Of a DNA stretch of 64,000 nt, positions 1 through 10,869 are shown piece by piece; positions within the stretch are counted from its first letter, which is position 1; each line of letters starts with the position of its first letter. The notes beneath the pieces are model-generated. The model saw only the letters and a program-made list of their open reading frames with translations. It did not search any database and was not told the origin of the DNA. The DNA is from an uncultured Chitinophagaceae bacterium (GTDB taxonomy: Bacteria; Bacteroidota; Bacteroidia; Chitinophagales; Chitinophagaceae): positions 218,123-282,122 of the forward strand of contig CAVWQJ010000005.1 in NCBI GenBank assembly GCA_963756945.1, given 5' to 3'. The position numbers and the translations under genes are program-made.

Positions 1-42
1 ATGCAAAGGGGTTATTTTTAAGGGCAGGGTTCATACGTTAGT

Positions 43-675
43 TTAGGGAAGTTGCAGGTAATGCTGGCCGTCATCATAATCATTATTAAGAGCTTCCAAT
101 ACGGCATTCAAATGTTTCTCGTTTCCTAAAAAATCGGCTTCAGTTACATCTATAAATAGCGTGGTAATGTTATGCTGCCTTATGTATTGGGTATACGTTT
201 CCTGCAATGCAAAAAGATATTCCGTTGCGATGGATTGTTCGTAAGATCGATTGCGTTTCCTGATGTTTTCTTTCAGCTTTGTTACCGGTGCGTGTAAATA
301 AATAAGCAGGTTGGGCTGTACCAGTTGTGGATTGATAATATCAAATAATTTCTGGTACAACAAAAATTCCTCTTCCGGCAAATTCACTTTCGCAAACAAT
401 AGGCATTTCGTAAATAAATAGTCTGAAATGGTTACATTCTGAAACATATCTTTTGTTTGCAAAAGATCTTTCAACTGCTTGTACCTTTCTGCCATAAAAA
501 AAAGTTCAAGCGGAAAAGCGTACTGCTGTTGGTTTTCATAAAACTTAGGGAGGAAAGGGTTATCAGCAAACTCTTCCAAAATTAATCTTGCATTCAGGCG
601 TTTGCTGAGCAAATGCGCCAGAGTTGTTTTGCCTGCTCCAATATTTCCTTCAATAGTTATGAAATTATATTTCAT
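43..675 (-). CDS. Deoxynucleoside kinase (dNK family)
   Basis: P-loop IEGNIGAGKTT, EEFADNPFL and RNRSYE motifs of the dCK/dGK family. Confidence 0.9.
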   Translation of the reverse strand: MKYNFITIEGNIGAGKTTLAHLLSKRLNARLILEEFADNPFLPKFYENQQQYAFPLELFFMAERYKQLKDLLQTKDMFQNVTISDYLFTKCLLFAKVNLPEEEFLLYQKLFDIINPQLVQPNLLIYLHAPVTKLKENIRKRNRSYEQSIATEYLFALQETYTQYIRQHNITTLFIDVTEADFLGNEKHLNAVLEALNNDYDDGQHYLQLP

Positions 676-954
676 GTGTAATTCATCAAATTTTAGAAAG
701 GGATTTATAATTAACCGTTTCTAAAAGTGATTTATGAATATTTTAAAAATCAAAAATAACAACTGAAACACTAAATATCAGAAATGAATTTGCGAATACT
801 TACAACAGATGTTAATAAGTATTTGAGATAATATTTCTTTATTAGTTGTGTCCATAAGATGATGATAGGAATGTTTGCAAAATATGAGGTTACAAACAAT
901 TTTTTTGTTTTATAATTTCTCGAATAGATTTGCTTTTTTTCAATAAACCTTTTC

Positions 955-2067
955 ATGAAGCCATACAACCAGTTCAGGGCTATGTTTGCAATAACAAAAG
1001 CCAGTCTGCGTGCAATTTTCAGAAGCCCGTCTGCGGTAATCTTTGGATTCGCTTTTCCGCTAATTTTTATTCTTGTATTTGGGTTTATTGGTGGAAATGG
1101 CAGAACACAAACTTATAAAGTTGCTATTGAAGAAAATGCAGATACTGCTAATGCATTGTACAAAGCATTGATAAATACGCAGGGAGTTTCTATAATAAGA
1201 TATCATGATAAAAATTCGTTGATGGATGACATGGAAAAAGGAAAATTGGCAGGAATTATCAATATTCAAAAAAACGCATCAGGAAATCCTCCCTATAATT
1301 TTGCACTAAAAAGTACCAATTCAAGTAACGATAAATGGCCACAATTTAAAACGTTGGTTGAAAGTTTAATTAACCAATTAAGTAATCAATTTTATAAAGG
1401 TCGCCCGACTTATGCCAATTTCGATTTTGATCCTAAAAGAGATATTTCTGAAATAAGACAATACAAAACCATTGACTTTATTCTTCCCGGCCAGCTTGGA
1501 TTTTCTTTGCTGGCCTCAGGAGTGTTTGGTGTTGCATTTATGTTTTTTAATCTTAGGAATACGTTGGTATTAAAGAGATTTTTTGCAACACCTATCAGCA
1601 GAACTTATATTATTTTGGGAGAAATGCTAAGCCGGGTTTTATTTCAACTGCTAACAGCTATTGTGATAATTTTAATTGGCAGGTATTTCTTTGGTTTTAC
1701 CTTGATAAATGGCTTCCAAACTTTTCTTAATATGCTTGTGTTGAGTTTTATCGGGCTTGTTGTGTTTATGGGATTTGGTTTTATAGTAAGCGGACTTGCG
1801 AAAAGCGACAACACAATTCCCCCCTTTGCTAACCTCATAACGCTTCCGCAATTTTTAATTGGCGGAACTTTCTTTTCAGTAAGTGTTTTCCCGGTGTGGC
1901 TTCAATGGATTGCTAAAATAATGCCGCTTACTCATCTTAATGAAGCGCTTCGTGATATTGCCTTTGAAGGAAAAAGCCTTTGGGATGTAAAAATGGAAAT
2001 TGGCATTTTACTACTTTGGGGAGTTATTGTATATGCAGTAGCAGTAAAAGTTTTTAAATGGGAATAA
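955..2067 (+). CDS. ABC-2 type transporter permease
   Basis: N-terminal TM, extracytoplasmic domain, LKRFFATP motif, 5 C-terminal TMs ending FKWE. Confidence 0.85.
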   Translation: MKPYNQFRAMFAITKASLRAIFRSPSAVIFGFAFPLIFILVFGFIGGNGRTQTYKVAIEENADTANALYKALINTQGVSIIRYHDKNSLMDDMEKGKLAGIINIQKNASGNPPYNFALKSTNSSNDKWPQFKTLVESLINQLSNQFYKGRPTYANFDFDPKRDISEIRQYKTIDFILPGQLGFSLLASGVFGVAFMFFNLRNTLVLKRFFATPISRTYIILGEMLSRVLFQLLTAIVIILIGRYFFGFTLINGFQTFLNMLVLSFIGLVVFMGFGFIVSGLAKSDNTIPPFANLITLPQFLIGGTFFSVSVFPVWLQWIAKIMPLTHLNEALRDIAFEGKSLWDVKMEIGILLLWGVIVYAVAVKVFKWE

Positions 2068-2606
2068 ATTATCTTACCAGTATGCGCCGGGCTAAATTAT
2101 TTTTTATTGCTATTTTAATATTGACTGGGTTTCTTTGTTTGATTACAGTTTTTCTTCCATCTAATCTTACAGTTTCAAAATGGGTTACAGTTAATGCAAA
2201 TGAAAATGCAATAGCAACCCAAATAAATAATTTTAAAAACTGGAAAAACTGGTACCCTGCTTTTCAAAGTAAAGCTGTAACTGTAAATATATCGGAACAC
2301 GACAATAAACTTTTTGCTACGCTTACTAATGAAAATAAAAAAAGGATATCGTTGTCTTTATTGAAATCTTCAACAGAAAAAATAATTATTCGTGTATCTG
2401 AAGAAAAGGGAAATTCAAAAACATACGAATTTGTTTTATCACCTAACGGCGCAGGGCAAACGCAACTTACCTGGAACGTAAATATGGAGTTGGGTTGGTA
2501 TCCCTGGAGAAAATTTGCCGGTATTTTTCTTGATAAAGTTACGGGACCGCAATACGAAGCAACTTTGCAAAATTTGAAAACAGCTGCAGAAAAAAATGTT
2601 CCTTAA
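2058..2606 (+). CDS. SRPBCC/polyketide cyclase family membrane-anchored protein (start may be 2082)
   Basis: N-terminal TM, NFKNWKNWYP motif, C-terminal helix LQNLKTAAE. Confidence 0.65.
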   Translation: MGINYLTSMRRAKLFFIAILILTGFLCLITVFLPSNLTVSKWVTVNANENAIATQINNFKNWKNWYPAFQSKAVTVNISEHDNKLFATLTNENKKRISLSLLKSSTEKIIIRVSEEKGNSKTYEFVLSPNGAGQTQLTWNVNMELGWYPWRKFAGIFLDKVTGPQYEATLQNLKTAAEKNVP

Positions 2607-3892
2607 TCTTTCTTAACGATTGATTCCAGGAAACCTTCTACCACACTATATACTTTTCTTAATTCTTTTTTGGTGATGCAATAAGGGGGCATTATATAAA
2701 TTGTATTCCCTAACGCCCTAAGGTAAACGCCGTGTTGTAAACAATGCTCCGTAAATGAAGAACCTATATTGTGAAGATAATTATCGCTTTCATTTGTATT
2801 GATTTCAAAAGCGCAAATAGTTCCCAAATGGCGTAAATTTTTAATGATATTTTTTTCTTCAAATGATTTAATCTCTTTTAAGAAATTCTTTTGCTGATTT
2901 ACAATTTCTTCAATTTTCCCCAAACACTTCTTCTTTTGAAGTAGCCTGAGACTTGCCAGCGCTGCCGTACACGCAAGTGGATTGGCTGTGAAGGAATGTC
3001 CATGAAAAAAGGTTTTCATTTTATCGTCACTCACAAATGCCTCATATATATTTTGAGTACATGCTGTTATTCCCATTGCCATTGTTCCGCCGGTGAGCGC
3101 TTTGCTAAGACAAATTATGTCGGCATTATTTTGTAAATAATTTCCTGCAAAAAAACTTCCCGTTCTGTAAAATCCGGTGAGCACTTCATCAGCAATGCAA
3201 ACGATATTTTCTTTTTTCATAAAAGATAAAAGTTCATCCAAATCATTTGCATCATACATTCTCATTCCGCCGGCGCCTTGTAATAAAGGCTCATAGATAA
3301 AACAGGCAATTTCATTTTTATACTTTTCAATTTCCTGCTGTAGTTTATCAATGTTTTTTTCATCAGGCGGATCAATAAAAATCACTTCGAATAATTTATC
3401 TCTGAAAGCCAAAGTAAATGTTCCTCTTTCACTGATGCTCATTGCGCCGAACGTGTCACCATGGTACGAATGATGAAAGGCAAGAATTTTATTCCTGTTT
3501 GCTTCGCCCTTATTCATCCAATATTGAAGAGACATTTTTATGGCTACCTCCGTGGCGGTTGATCCATTATCACTATAAAATATTTTTGAGAAATTGCCCG
3601 GCAGGATCTTCAATATTTTTTCGGCAAGCCTAACCGCAGGTTCATGCGTAAAACCTGCGAATATAACCTGCTCTAATATTTTTGCCTGCTCATATATTTT
3701 TTTTGCAATGTATTTATTGCCATGGCCGTGAATATTTACCCACCAACTACTTATTGCATCAATATATTTATTTCCTTCTTCATCGTATAAAAGGTTTTTT
3801 TTCCCTTTGACAATTGGAATAGAGAGTGGGCGGTTTTTTTGATGTGTGTAGGGGTGCCAAATCAAGTCAAAATCTTTTTCAGTCAAATTCAT
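2603..3892 (-). CDS. bioA: Adenosylmethionine-8-amino-7-oxononanoate transaminase
   Basis: IWHPYT, SSWWVNIHGH, DEVLTGF, SKALTGG, FFHGHSFTANPLAC motifs. Confidence 0.95.
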   Translation of the reverse strand: MNLTEKDFDLIWHPYTHQKNRPLSIPIVKGKKNLLYDEEGNKYIDAISSWWVNIHGHGNKYIAKKIYEQAKILEQVIFAGFTHEPAVRLAEKILKILPGNFSKIFYSDNGSTATEVAIKMSLQYWMNKGEANRNKILAFHHSYHGDTFGAMSISERGTFTLAFRDKLFEVIFIDPPDEKNIDKLQQEIEKYKNEIACFIYEPLLQGAGGMRMYDANDLDELLSFMKKENIVCIADEVLTGFYRTGSFFAGNYLQNNADIICLSKALTGGTMAMGITACTQNIYEAFVSDDKMKTFFHGHSFTANPLACTAALASLRLLQKKKCLGKIEEIVNQQKNFLKEIKSFEEKNIIKNLRHLGTICAFEINTNESDNYLHNIGSSFTEHCLQHGVYLRALGNTIYIMPPYCITKKELRKVYSVVEGFLESIVKKD

Positions 3893-3964
3893 CCTAATAA
3901 ATTTATCATTGATTCAAAGTTACTTAATCAGAAATTCCTTCATCTTCAATAAAAAATTTACCGG

Positions 3965-3996
3965 ATGCAACGATATTCATATACTTGTTGTCAACA
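3965..3996 (+). promoter_or_regulatory. Putative ECF sigma autoregulatory promoter ATGCAACG-N17-GTCAACA
   Basis: Same two boxes with the same 17-nt spacing recur at 5914-5945; AAC/GTC boxes are typical of ECF promoters. Confidence 0.7.
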
Positions 3997-4011
3997 TGCT
4001 GTAATACGTAT

Positions 4012-4572
4012 ATGGATTATAAAAAGCTGGTAGCAGATTGTATTAAATGTATCCCGGATGCACAACGGCAATTGTATGAGCAATTTGCTCCTGCCATGCT
4101 GGGCGTCTGTTTCAGGTACACCAAAAGCATTGCTGATGCTGAAGATGTTTTGCAGGATGGTTTTGTAAAAGTATTTAAACATTTACACGGTTATAAATTT
4201 GAAGGCGAATTGGGCGGGTGGATAAGAAAAATAATGGTGAATACTGCGCTGAATTTTTTAAAGACAAACAAGAAATACCAATATGATTTGTCATTTAGTG
4301 ATATGCCTCTGCATCCTGTATCTGTAAATGATCCGCTGGTTGAATTACAAACAAAAGAATTATCGGAGTTGATTCGCCAGTTGCCTACCGGCTTTCAAAC
4401 GATTTTTAATCTTCATGCCGTAGAAGGATATTCTCATGTTGAAATTGCGTCTATGCTTGGCATAAGTGATGGCACTTCAAGATCGCAATATTCACGTGCA
4501 AGAGCTTTATTGATTGATTGGATTGAAAAGTTTTCATTAAAAGAACAAACAGAGCGATATGGAAGAAAATAA
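4012..4572 (+). CDS. ECF RNA polymerase sigma factor (start moved to ATG 4012)
   Basis: AEDVLQDGF region 2, GWIRKIMVN, EGYSHVEIA...GTSRSQYSRAR region 4. Confidence 0.92.
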   Translation: MDYKKLVADCIKCIPDAQRQLYEQFAPAMLGVCFRYTKSIADAEDVLQDGFVKVFKHLHGYKFEGELGGWIRKIMVNTALNFLKTNKKYQYDLSFSDMPLHPVSVNDPLVELQTKELSELIRQLPTGFQTIFNLHAVEGYSHVEIASMLGISDGTSRSQYSRARALLIDWIEKFSLKEQTERYGRK

Positions 4573-5905
4573 ATTTGAAAAACAGGTTCAACAGAAAATG
4601 GATGAATTGAAAATTCAGCCTTCTGAAGCTGTTTGGCAAAAAATTGAGTTACAAATAGAAAAAAAGAAAGACCGCAGGTGGGGATTGATTGTTTTGTTTT
4701 TATGTGTAGTTATTCTCTTATCGGGAAGTTATTGGCTGTGGAATGCGGGGCAGCAAAAAAAATTGGAGAACGCTATTTCCGCAAAAAGTAAGTTAGAAAA
4801 AAATAGCAATTCATCTTCTGCAATAAAAGAGGATACAATTGTTCAACAACAAATCAATGGAGCTTCCGGATCAACAAATAGAAAAAACAACGATGTTGTA
4901 AGAGATGGAGAAAAAAGAAAGGCAAAACAGGATACATCTTTTAATAATTCAAAGTCAAATCGACCATTCAATTCCGATGATAGAAGTTCAATAACATTTT
5001 CAGGCAGGGAAAAAATAGAAAATGAAATGCCTGGTAAAACTGAAATGGAAATATCGCCCGCAGAAATATCGAAAGATGAAACCGCGAATGAAAATGCAGT
5101 ACCAGATTCTTTTACTGTAAACAATGAAAAGATGAAAGTTGATACATTGTCAAAATCGGATGTTTTGGATGAAATACAAAAACAGAAAGACACTGCTACA
5201 CAGCAAACTGTTGTTACATCGCTAAAACCTTCCACCAGGAACAAATGGAACTTTGGGTTCTTGTTTGTTGGCGGAATTTCTGGAGCGGGTAAAGATTTTT
5301 TGTCACTCAGCGCTCCCGCTGTTAGTTACGATCCCGGTTCCTTGAATTCAGGAGGGCAACCGCAACAAGGATTTTCATCGTCAGCAACAAAGGCCGGCTT
5401 TGGGTTTATAGCAGGCGTATCAGCCGAAAAAAATATCTCCAAAAAGATAGAATTCGTTTCAGGAATAAATTTCAAATCCTTCAGTACATCTATTAAATTA
5501 TATGATTCGGCCGGTACTTATTATGCACGAACTACTTCCAATAAATACGTCAATCATTTTAATTTCATTGAGGTCCCTTTGTCTTTAAAATTCCAGCTTG
5601 GAAACGGAAAACATCCGCCGTTATCATGGCAGGCAGGTATTACAATTTCGCGGTTGATCAGCAGCAATGCACTACAGCTTAATTCATCAACCGGATATTA
5701 TTATAATGAAAATTCTTTATTCAATAAAAGCCAAATTGGATTTAACACAGCCTTTTTGCTGACTTTATTTTCAAAACAAAAAAATTCGGTTTTGATAGGC
5801 CCTTACTTCTATTATGATGCAACTCAAATTGCCAATAAAGGATTGTATAATAAAAAGCATTTTGCATTTACGGGGTTACACACGTCAATAATTTTCGGTA
5901 AATAA
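4559..5905 (+). CDS. Putative anti-sigma factor with C-terminal outer-membrane beta-barrel-like domain
   Basis: Overlaps the sigma stop; short N-terminal domain (PSEAVWQKI), one TM, low-complexity linker, amphipathic beta-strand C-terminus. Confidence 0.7.
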   Translation: MEENKFEKQVQQKMDELKIQPSEAVWQKIELQIEKKKDRRWGLIVLFLCVVILLSGSYWLWNAGQQKKLENAISAKSKLEKNSNSSSAIKEDTIVQQQINGASGSTNRKNNDVVRDGEKRKAKQDTSFNNSKSNRPFNSDDRSSITFSGREKIENEMPGKTEMEISPAEISKDETANENAVPDSFTVNNEKMKVDTLSKSDVLDEIQKQKDTATQQTVVTSLKPSTRNKWNFGFLFVGGISGAGKDFLSLSAPAVSYDPGSLNSGGQPQQGFSSSATKAGFGFIAGVSAEKNISKKIEFVSGINFKSFSTSIKLYDSAGTYYARTTSNKYVNHFNFIEVPLSLKFQLGNGKHPPLSWQAGITISRLISSNALQLNSSTGYYYNENSLFNKSQIGFNTAFLLTLFSKQKNSVLIGPYFYYDATQIANKGLYNKKHFAFTGLHTSIIFGK

Positions 5906-5913
5906 ATTTTTAA

Positions 5914-5945
5914 ATGCAACGCTTTTTTTAAATGTGTGGTCAACA
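5914..5945 (+). promoter_or_regulatory. Putative ECF-dependent promoter ATGCAACG-N17-GTCAACA
   Basis: Matches the motif upstream of the ECF gene; 17 nt before ATG 5963. Confidence 0.7.
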
Positions 5946-5962
5946 CCTAAAAATCTTTCGTC

Positions 5963-7225
5963 ATGAAAAAATATTTATTTCTTTTTAGCAGAAGTTTCGC
6001 CTTTATTTTTATTGCTGCTTTATTCAGCGGATGCTTAAAAGATACAGCTACGCACAAGTATACTTATTCATGGTATGAACCTCTTTACAAATCGAAAGCG
6101 GAAGTAATTGCCGATATCAAAAGTAATCCTCCGCATGATATAGAGAATCCTGCTAAAATATTTATTAATGGAAAATATATTTTCCTCAACGAAACAGCCA
6201 AAGGCATTCATATAATTGACAACAGTATTCCTTCATCACCAAAAAATATTGCCTTTATAACTATCCCCGGAAATGTGGATATGGCTATAAAGGGAAATAC
6301 TTTATATGCAGATTTGTATAATGATCTCGTAACAATTGATATAACAAATCCGCTGCAAGTTGTTACAACTAAAATTATTGAAAATGCATTTCCCGAAAAC
6401 CCTTACGCTTATTATGCCGCAGACAGCAATATAGTAATTTACGACTGGAAACGGCATGACACAACTATTTTCGCTACTAACAATCAACCCTTGCCGGTAT
6501 GGCCCGGGGGTATTTATTATACGGCCAATGCGTCCATGCAAAATTCTAATAATAGTTCGGCACAACCAGGCATAGCGGGCTCTATGGCGAGGTTTGCCTT
6601 AGTTAATAATTATTTATACACCGTTGGTTCCACCAGTTTAAATGTTTTCAATGTTTCAGCACCACAGCAACCAGGCTTTGATAACAAGGTAAATATCGGT
6701 AGTTGGAGCATTGAAACCATATTTCCACTTAAAAACAAACTATTCATTGGATCGCAAAATGGAATGTATATATTCAATATCAACAATCCTGAACAACCTG
6801 TGGCCGATGGCCAGTTCGGGCATTTACAAAGCTGCGATCCGGTGATAGCCGACGATTCGCTGGCTTATGTTACTTTGCGGTCTGGTACTTCCTGCCAGGG
6901 ATTCAGCAATCAATTAGATATTTTGCAACTAAATGATTTTACAAATCCTTCCTTAGTAAAATCATATAATCTTACAAATCCGCATGGTTTGTCAAAAGAT
7001 GGCAACCTGTTATTTATTTGTGACGGAGCAGATGGATTAAAAGTTTACAATGCGAGCGATGTAAATAATTTAGATCTGTTAAAACATTTTACTGGTATAG
7101 AAACTTATGATGTAATTGCAAGTGATAAGATTGCATTGGTAGTTGCAAAAGATGGATTGTATCAATTTGGTTATTCCAATGCTAATGATATTCATTTAAT
7201 AAGTAAGATAAATATTGCAAAATGA
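5963..7225 (+). CDS. LVIVD-repeat lipoprotein
   Basis: Lipobox FSG-C; GSMARF, SCDPV and repeated L/V-I-I-D strands. Confidence 0.8.
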   Translation: MKKYLFLFSRSFAFIFIAALFSGCLKDTATHKYTYSWYEPLYKSKAEVIADIKSNPPHDIENPAKIFINGKYIFLNETAKGIHIIDNSIPSSPKNIAFITIPGNVDMAIKGNTLYADLYNDLVTIDITNPLQVVTTKIIENAFPENPYAYYAADSNIVIYDWKRHDTTIFATNNQPLPVWPGGIYYTANASMQNSNNSSAQPGIAGSMARFALVNNYLYTVGSTSLNVFNVSAPQQPGFDNKVNIGSWSIETIFPLKNKLFIGSQNGMYIFNINNPEQPVADGQFGHLQSCDPVIADDSLAYVTLRSGTSCQGFSNQLDILQLNDFTNPSLVKSYNLTNPHGLSKDGNLLFICDGADGLKVYNASDVNNLDLLKHFTGIETYDVIASDKIALVVAKDGLYQFGYSNANDIHLISKINIAK

Positions 7226-7815
7226 ATCTGAATCTGAATCTGAATAAAAAAATTATCATCTTGTCGTTTATAAGCCTGAGTATATGCTGTACAGTCCCGG
7301 CGCAGAAAAAAGCTGAATTTTCTTCGGCGTTCAAGGCAGGTTTATTGAATGGAGAAGCCGATAAAGCAGGTGCAGAATTACAGATGATTAGTGGCATTGT
7401 TTATGAGACATGGTTTAGCGGAATCGGCTCTGGTATTGACTATTATTCGGGCTTTAAAAGTATTCCTGTTTTTATCGAGGTAAAAAAAGATTTACAACAA
7501 AAAAGAAATGCTTTATTTGTAAGTGCTGATTTCGGCTACAACTGGGCGTTAGTAAACAAAGATTATAAGTTGAATTATGGCTTGAAATATAAATTTCAAG
7601 GCGGCCCGTATTACGAAGTAAGTGCCGGATATAAATTCGTTTTGAGTAATTCACTGAGCATAGCTCTTTCCGCAGGTTATTCTTATAAAAATTTCAAGGA
7701 AAAAGACTCAGCTTATTATGGTGTTGGCCCATTGGATCAGCCTGTTCCGCCACGTATTGATTTGTACGATTATAAATTCAGGCGTCTGAGTATAAAGATG
7801 GCCTTTTGGTTTTAG
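7222..7815 (+). CDS. Hypothetical small outer-membrane beta-barrel protein
   Basis: Signal peptide, alternating beta strands, terminal aromatic (MAFWF). Confidence 0.6.
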   Translation: MNLNLNLNKKIIILSFISLSICCTVPAQKKAEFSSAFKAGLLNGEADKAGAELQMISGIVYETWFSGIGSGIDYYSGFKSIPVFIEVKKDLQQKRNALFVSADFGYNWALVNKDYKLNYGLKYKFQGGPYYEVSAGYKFVLSNSLSIALSAGYSYKNFKEKDSAYYGVGPLDQPVPPRIDLYDYKFRRLSIKMAFWF

Positions 7816-7819
7816 AAAG

Positions 7820-8748
7820 TCATGAAAGAAATTTTAAATTTCTTTTTATTCCCTGGTATTTTGCCCTTTTTAATGGTGAATTTTTAAAAATAATTTTGAA
7901 AGATTCTTCTGTCATTTCTTCCCAATCATTTTTAGTGAAATTTAGTATCTCACGTAGAGGAGCAAACGCAGTTTCATTGGTCGGTTTTGAAAAGCGGTTC
8001 CATGGACATACATCCTGGCAGATATCGCAACCAAACATTTTGTTTTCAAATTTCCCTTTCATTTCATCAGGAATCAACAAATCTTTTAATTCAATAGTAA
8101 AATAAGAGATGCATTTACTGCCATCGATAACTTTATCCGGCAGTATTGCATCTGTGGGACAGTTATCAATGCATTTTGTGCAACTCCCGCAGTAATCTTT
8201 AATAAATGGATCATCGGGTTGCAGATCTAAATCGGTTATTAACGTAGCAATAAAAAAAAATGAACCATTTGTTTTTGTAATCAGGTTTCCGTTTTTCCCT
8301 ACCCATCCCAGCCCGCTTTTTTGTGCCCAGCTTCTTTCGAGAACAGGTGCACTGTCTGTAAATCCTCTGCCATGAACATCGCCGATATTATCTTTTATCA
8401 GTTGCAAAAACGTTTTCAATTTTTCTTTAATTACTTCATGATAATCTTTTCCATAAGCATATTTTGAAACCTGCGGAGTTTGTCCATTCTGTTTTTGGGC
8501 CGGATAATAATTCAGCAATAAGGTAATCACCGATTTTGCACCGGGGACTAATTTTGTAGGATCAATTCTCAGGTCAAAATAATTGTTCATATATGACATG
8601 TGCCCTGGAATCCCTTATTTAGCCAGTTTTCAAGTCTTCGGGCATCATCATCTAATTTTTCTGCTTTCGCTATTCCACAATAGTCGAATCCTGACTGTGC
8701 CGCCAGTCGTTTTACTATTTGAGCAGATTTATTTTCTTTATTATCCAT
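7820..8748 (-). CDS. queG: tRNA epoxyqueuosine(34) reductase; one frameshift near 8600
   Basis: Upstream frame reads MDNKENK...[10 protein letters not shown]...WLNKGFQG and joins MSYM; DYH, DSAPVLE, CGSCTKC...[14 protein letters not shown] motifs. Confidence 0.92.
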
Positions 8749-8812
8749 TTATATTTTATTTCAGAAAAATAAATATATTCACTGAACGTTAATTATAACC
8801 AAAACTACAAAT

Positions 8813-10867
8813 ATGCTTACCAAACTAAATTTTTGCATTTTATTACTGTTTCTATTTAATCAAAACCATTTATTTGCCCAGGATAAACTAAAAGTAAAAT
8901 TCGGCAAAGTATCCGTAGCTGACTTCGATGTTAAGTCGTCACTTATTGATTCAAGTACTAACGCTGTTGTTGTCGCTGATGTAGGCACATCGCAATTTGT
9001 TGCAAATACAAGCGATCTCACATTTTCGTTAATGTTTACGGAGAAAAAAAGAATTAAGGTCATAAATAAAAATGGATTTGATGCAGCTACAATTATTATC
9101 CCACTTTATGTGCAAGCCAGTAAATCTGAAAAATTAGAGCAACTAAAAGCTTCAACCTATAATATAGAAAATGGGCAGGTGATAGAAACCAAAATTGACA
9201 AGGGATCTGTTTTTACTGAAAATCATAGTAAAAATTGGGTCTATAAAAAGTTTACGTTCCCCGCACTCAAAGAAGGAAGTATTATTGAATATTCGTACCA
9301 GATAAAATCTGATTTCTATTTTAATCTGCAACCATGGACATTCCAGGGCGATTACCCGGTGTTATGGAGTCAATATGAAGCAGCTATCCCGGAATTTTTC
9401 AAATTCGTAATTCTTTCCCAGGGTTACCAACCTCTATTTATAAACAAGAACGACCGTTCAATGCAAAGTTTCTCTTTTGTGGAACATGCGGAAGCCGGTT
9501 CTGACTTCGTAAATGATCAGGGACAATCTTCAAGGACAAATAGTTTTAAGGTAGATGGTTCAACCGATTACCACACGTGGGTTATGAAAGATGTTCCTGC
9601 CTTAAAGGAGGAAGCGTATACAACCACTATCAGTAACGCCGTTGCTAAAATTGAATTTCAATTGAACCAGGTTGCTTATCCTAATTCGATTCCCCGAAAC
9701 GTCATGAATACCTGGGAAAAAGTAGCAAGCGACCTTACTGAGGATGAACAGTTTGGCGGTGCTATTACCAGGCCCAACAACTGGCTTGACAAAGATATTA
9801 ATGAGATGGTTACCGGGGCAAAAAATGACAAAGAAAAGGCACAAAAGATATTTGAATTTGTAAGGGATAATTTTTCCTGCAATGAAAATAACAGAATGTT
9901 TATCACAACAGGTTTAAAAGATGTATTTAAAAACAAAGGCGGTTCGGTTGCAGACATTAATATGTTGTTGATAGCAATGTTGAAAAACCAGGGTATTGAA
10001 GCCAACCCCGTTATTCTGGCCACAAGAGCTCATGGGTATACTCATGAATTATATCCGCTCATGGACAGGTATAATTATATTATTGCACAAGTTGTTATTG
10101 ATAATAACATATTTTATCTGGATGCCACTATACCAAAACTGGGATTTGGTATTCTTCCACCGAAAATATATAACGGCCAGGCGCGGATTATTACAAAAAA
10201 CTTAGCCCCGCCTGTATATTTCGTTGCAGATTCAATTAAGGAATCTAACTTTTCAAGTGTGTTTTTAACAAACCTCGATAATGGCACATTTGGGGGTACT
10301 GTTAATCATGATTTCGGAACTTATGAATCTGTCCAAATCAGGCAACAACTCGCAAAAACATCTCTTGATGATTACAAAAAAAATTTAGGGAAGGACTTGC
10401 CCGATGGTATTGTAATCGATAGTTTAAAAATGGATTCTTTAAAGCTATTGAATGAGCCCGTATCTGAAAAGCTTGATATAACATTTAAATCCTTTGGTGA
10501 TGATGATGTCGTTTATTTTAGTCCAATGCTGGATGAAGTGATCAAAAAAAATCCATTTGCTGCAGCACAAAGATATTATCCGGTGGAAATGCCATACACT
10601 ATCAACAACGTGTACACGCTGAATATGGAAATACCCAAGGGCTTCCGGGTAGATGAACTTCCTAAATCAGTCCGGTTTAGTTTAAACAACGATGATGGCA
10701 TGTTTGAATATTTAATTTCCGCCGACAAACAATATATACAAATGAGGTGCAAGCTGATATTGAACAGGGCTAATTTTCTGAACGAAGATTATCAATTCCT
10801 GCGGGAATTGTATGCTTCAATTGTAAAAAAAGAATCAGAGCAAATTGTGTTTAAGAAAGTGAAATAA
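8813..10867 (+). CDS. DUF3857/transglutaminase-like domain secreted protein, probably catalytically inactive
   Basis: GSIIEYSY, ELPKS motifs; GSVADIN in place of the catalytic GDC. Confidence 0.75.
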   Translation: MLTKLNFCILLLFLFNQNHLFAQDKLKVKFGKVSVADFDVKSSLIDSSTNAVVVADVGTSQFVANTSDLTFSLMFTEKKRIKVINKNGFDAATIIIPLYVQASKSEKLEQLKASTYNIENGQVIETKIDKGSVFTENHSKNWVYKKFTFPALKEGSIIEYSYQIKSDFYFNLQPWTFQGDYPVLWSQYEAAIPEFFKFVILSQGYQPLFINKNDRSMQSFSFVEHAEAGSDFVNDQGQSSRTNSFKVDGSTDYHTWVMKDVPALKEEAYTTTISNAVAKIEFQLNQVAYPNSIPRNVMNTWEKVASDLTEDEQFGGAITRPNNWLDKDINEMVTGAKNDKEKAQKIFEFVRDNFSCNENNRMFITTGLKDVFKNKGGSVADINMLLIAMLKNQGIEANPVILATRAHGYTHELYPLMDRYNYIIAQVVIDNNIFYLDATIPKLGFGILPPKIYNGQARIITKNLAPPVYFVADSIKESNFSSVFLTNLDNGTFGGTVNHDFGTYESVQIRQQLAKTSLDDYKKNLGKDLPDGIVIDSLKMDSLKLLNEPVSEKLDITFKSFGDDDVVYFSPMLDEVIKKNPFAAAQRYYPVEMPYTINNVYTLNMEIPKGFRVDELPKSVRFSLNNDDGMFEYLISADKQYIQMRCKLILNRANFLNEDYQFLRELYASIVKKESEQIVFKKVK

Positions 10868-10869
10868 AT

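Noticed and set aside
7222-7246. (TGAATC)n microsatellite as a phase-variation switch
   Set aside because: Only ~3.5 hexamer units, and length changes would keep the frame.
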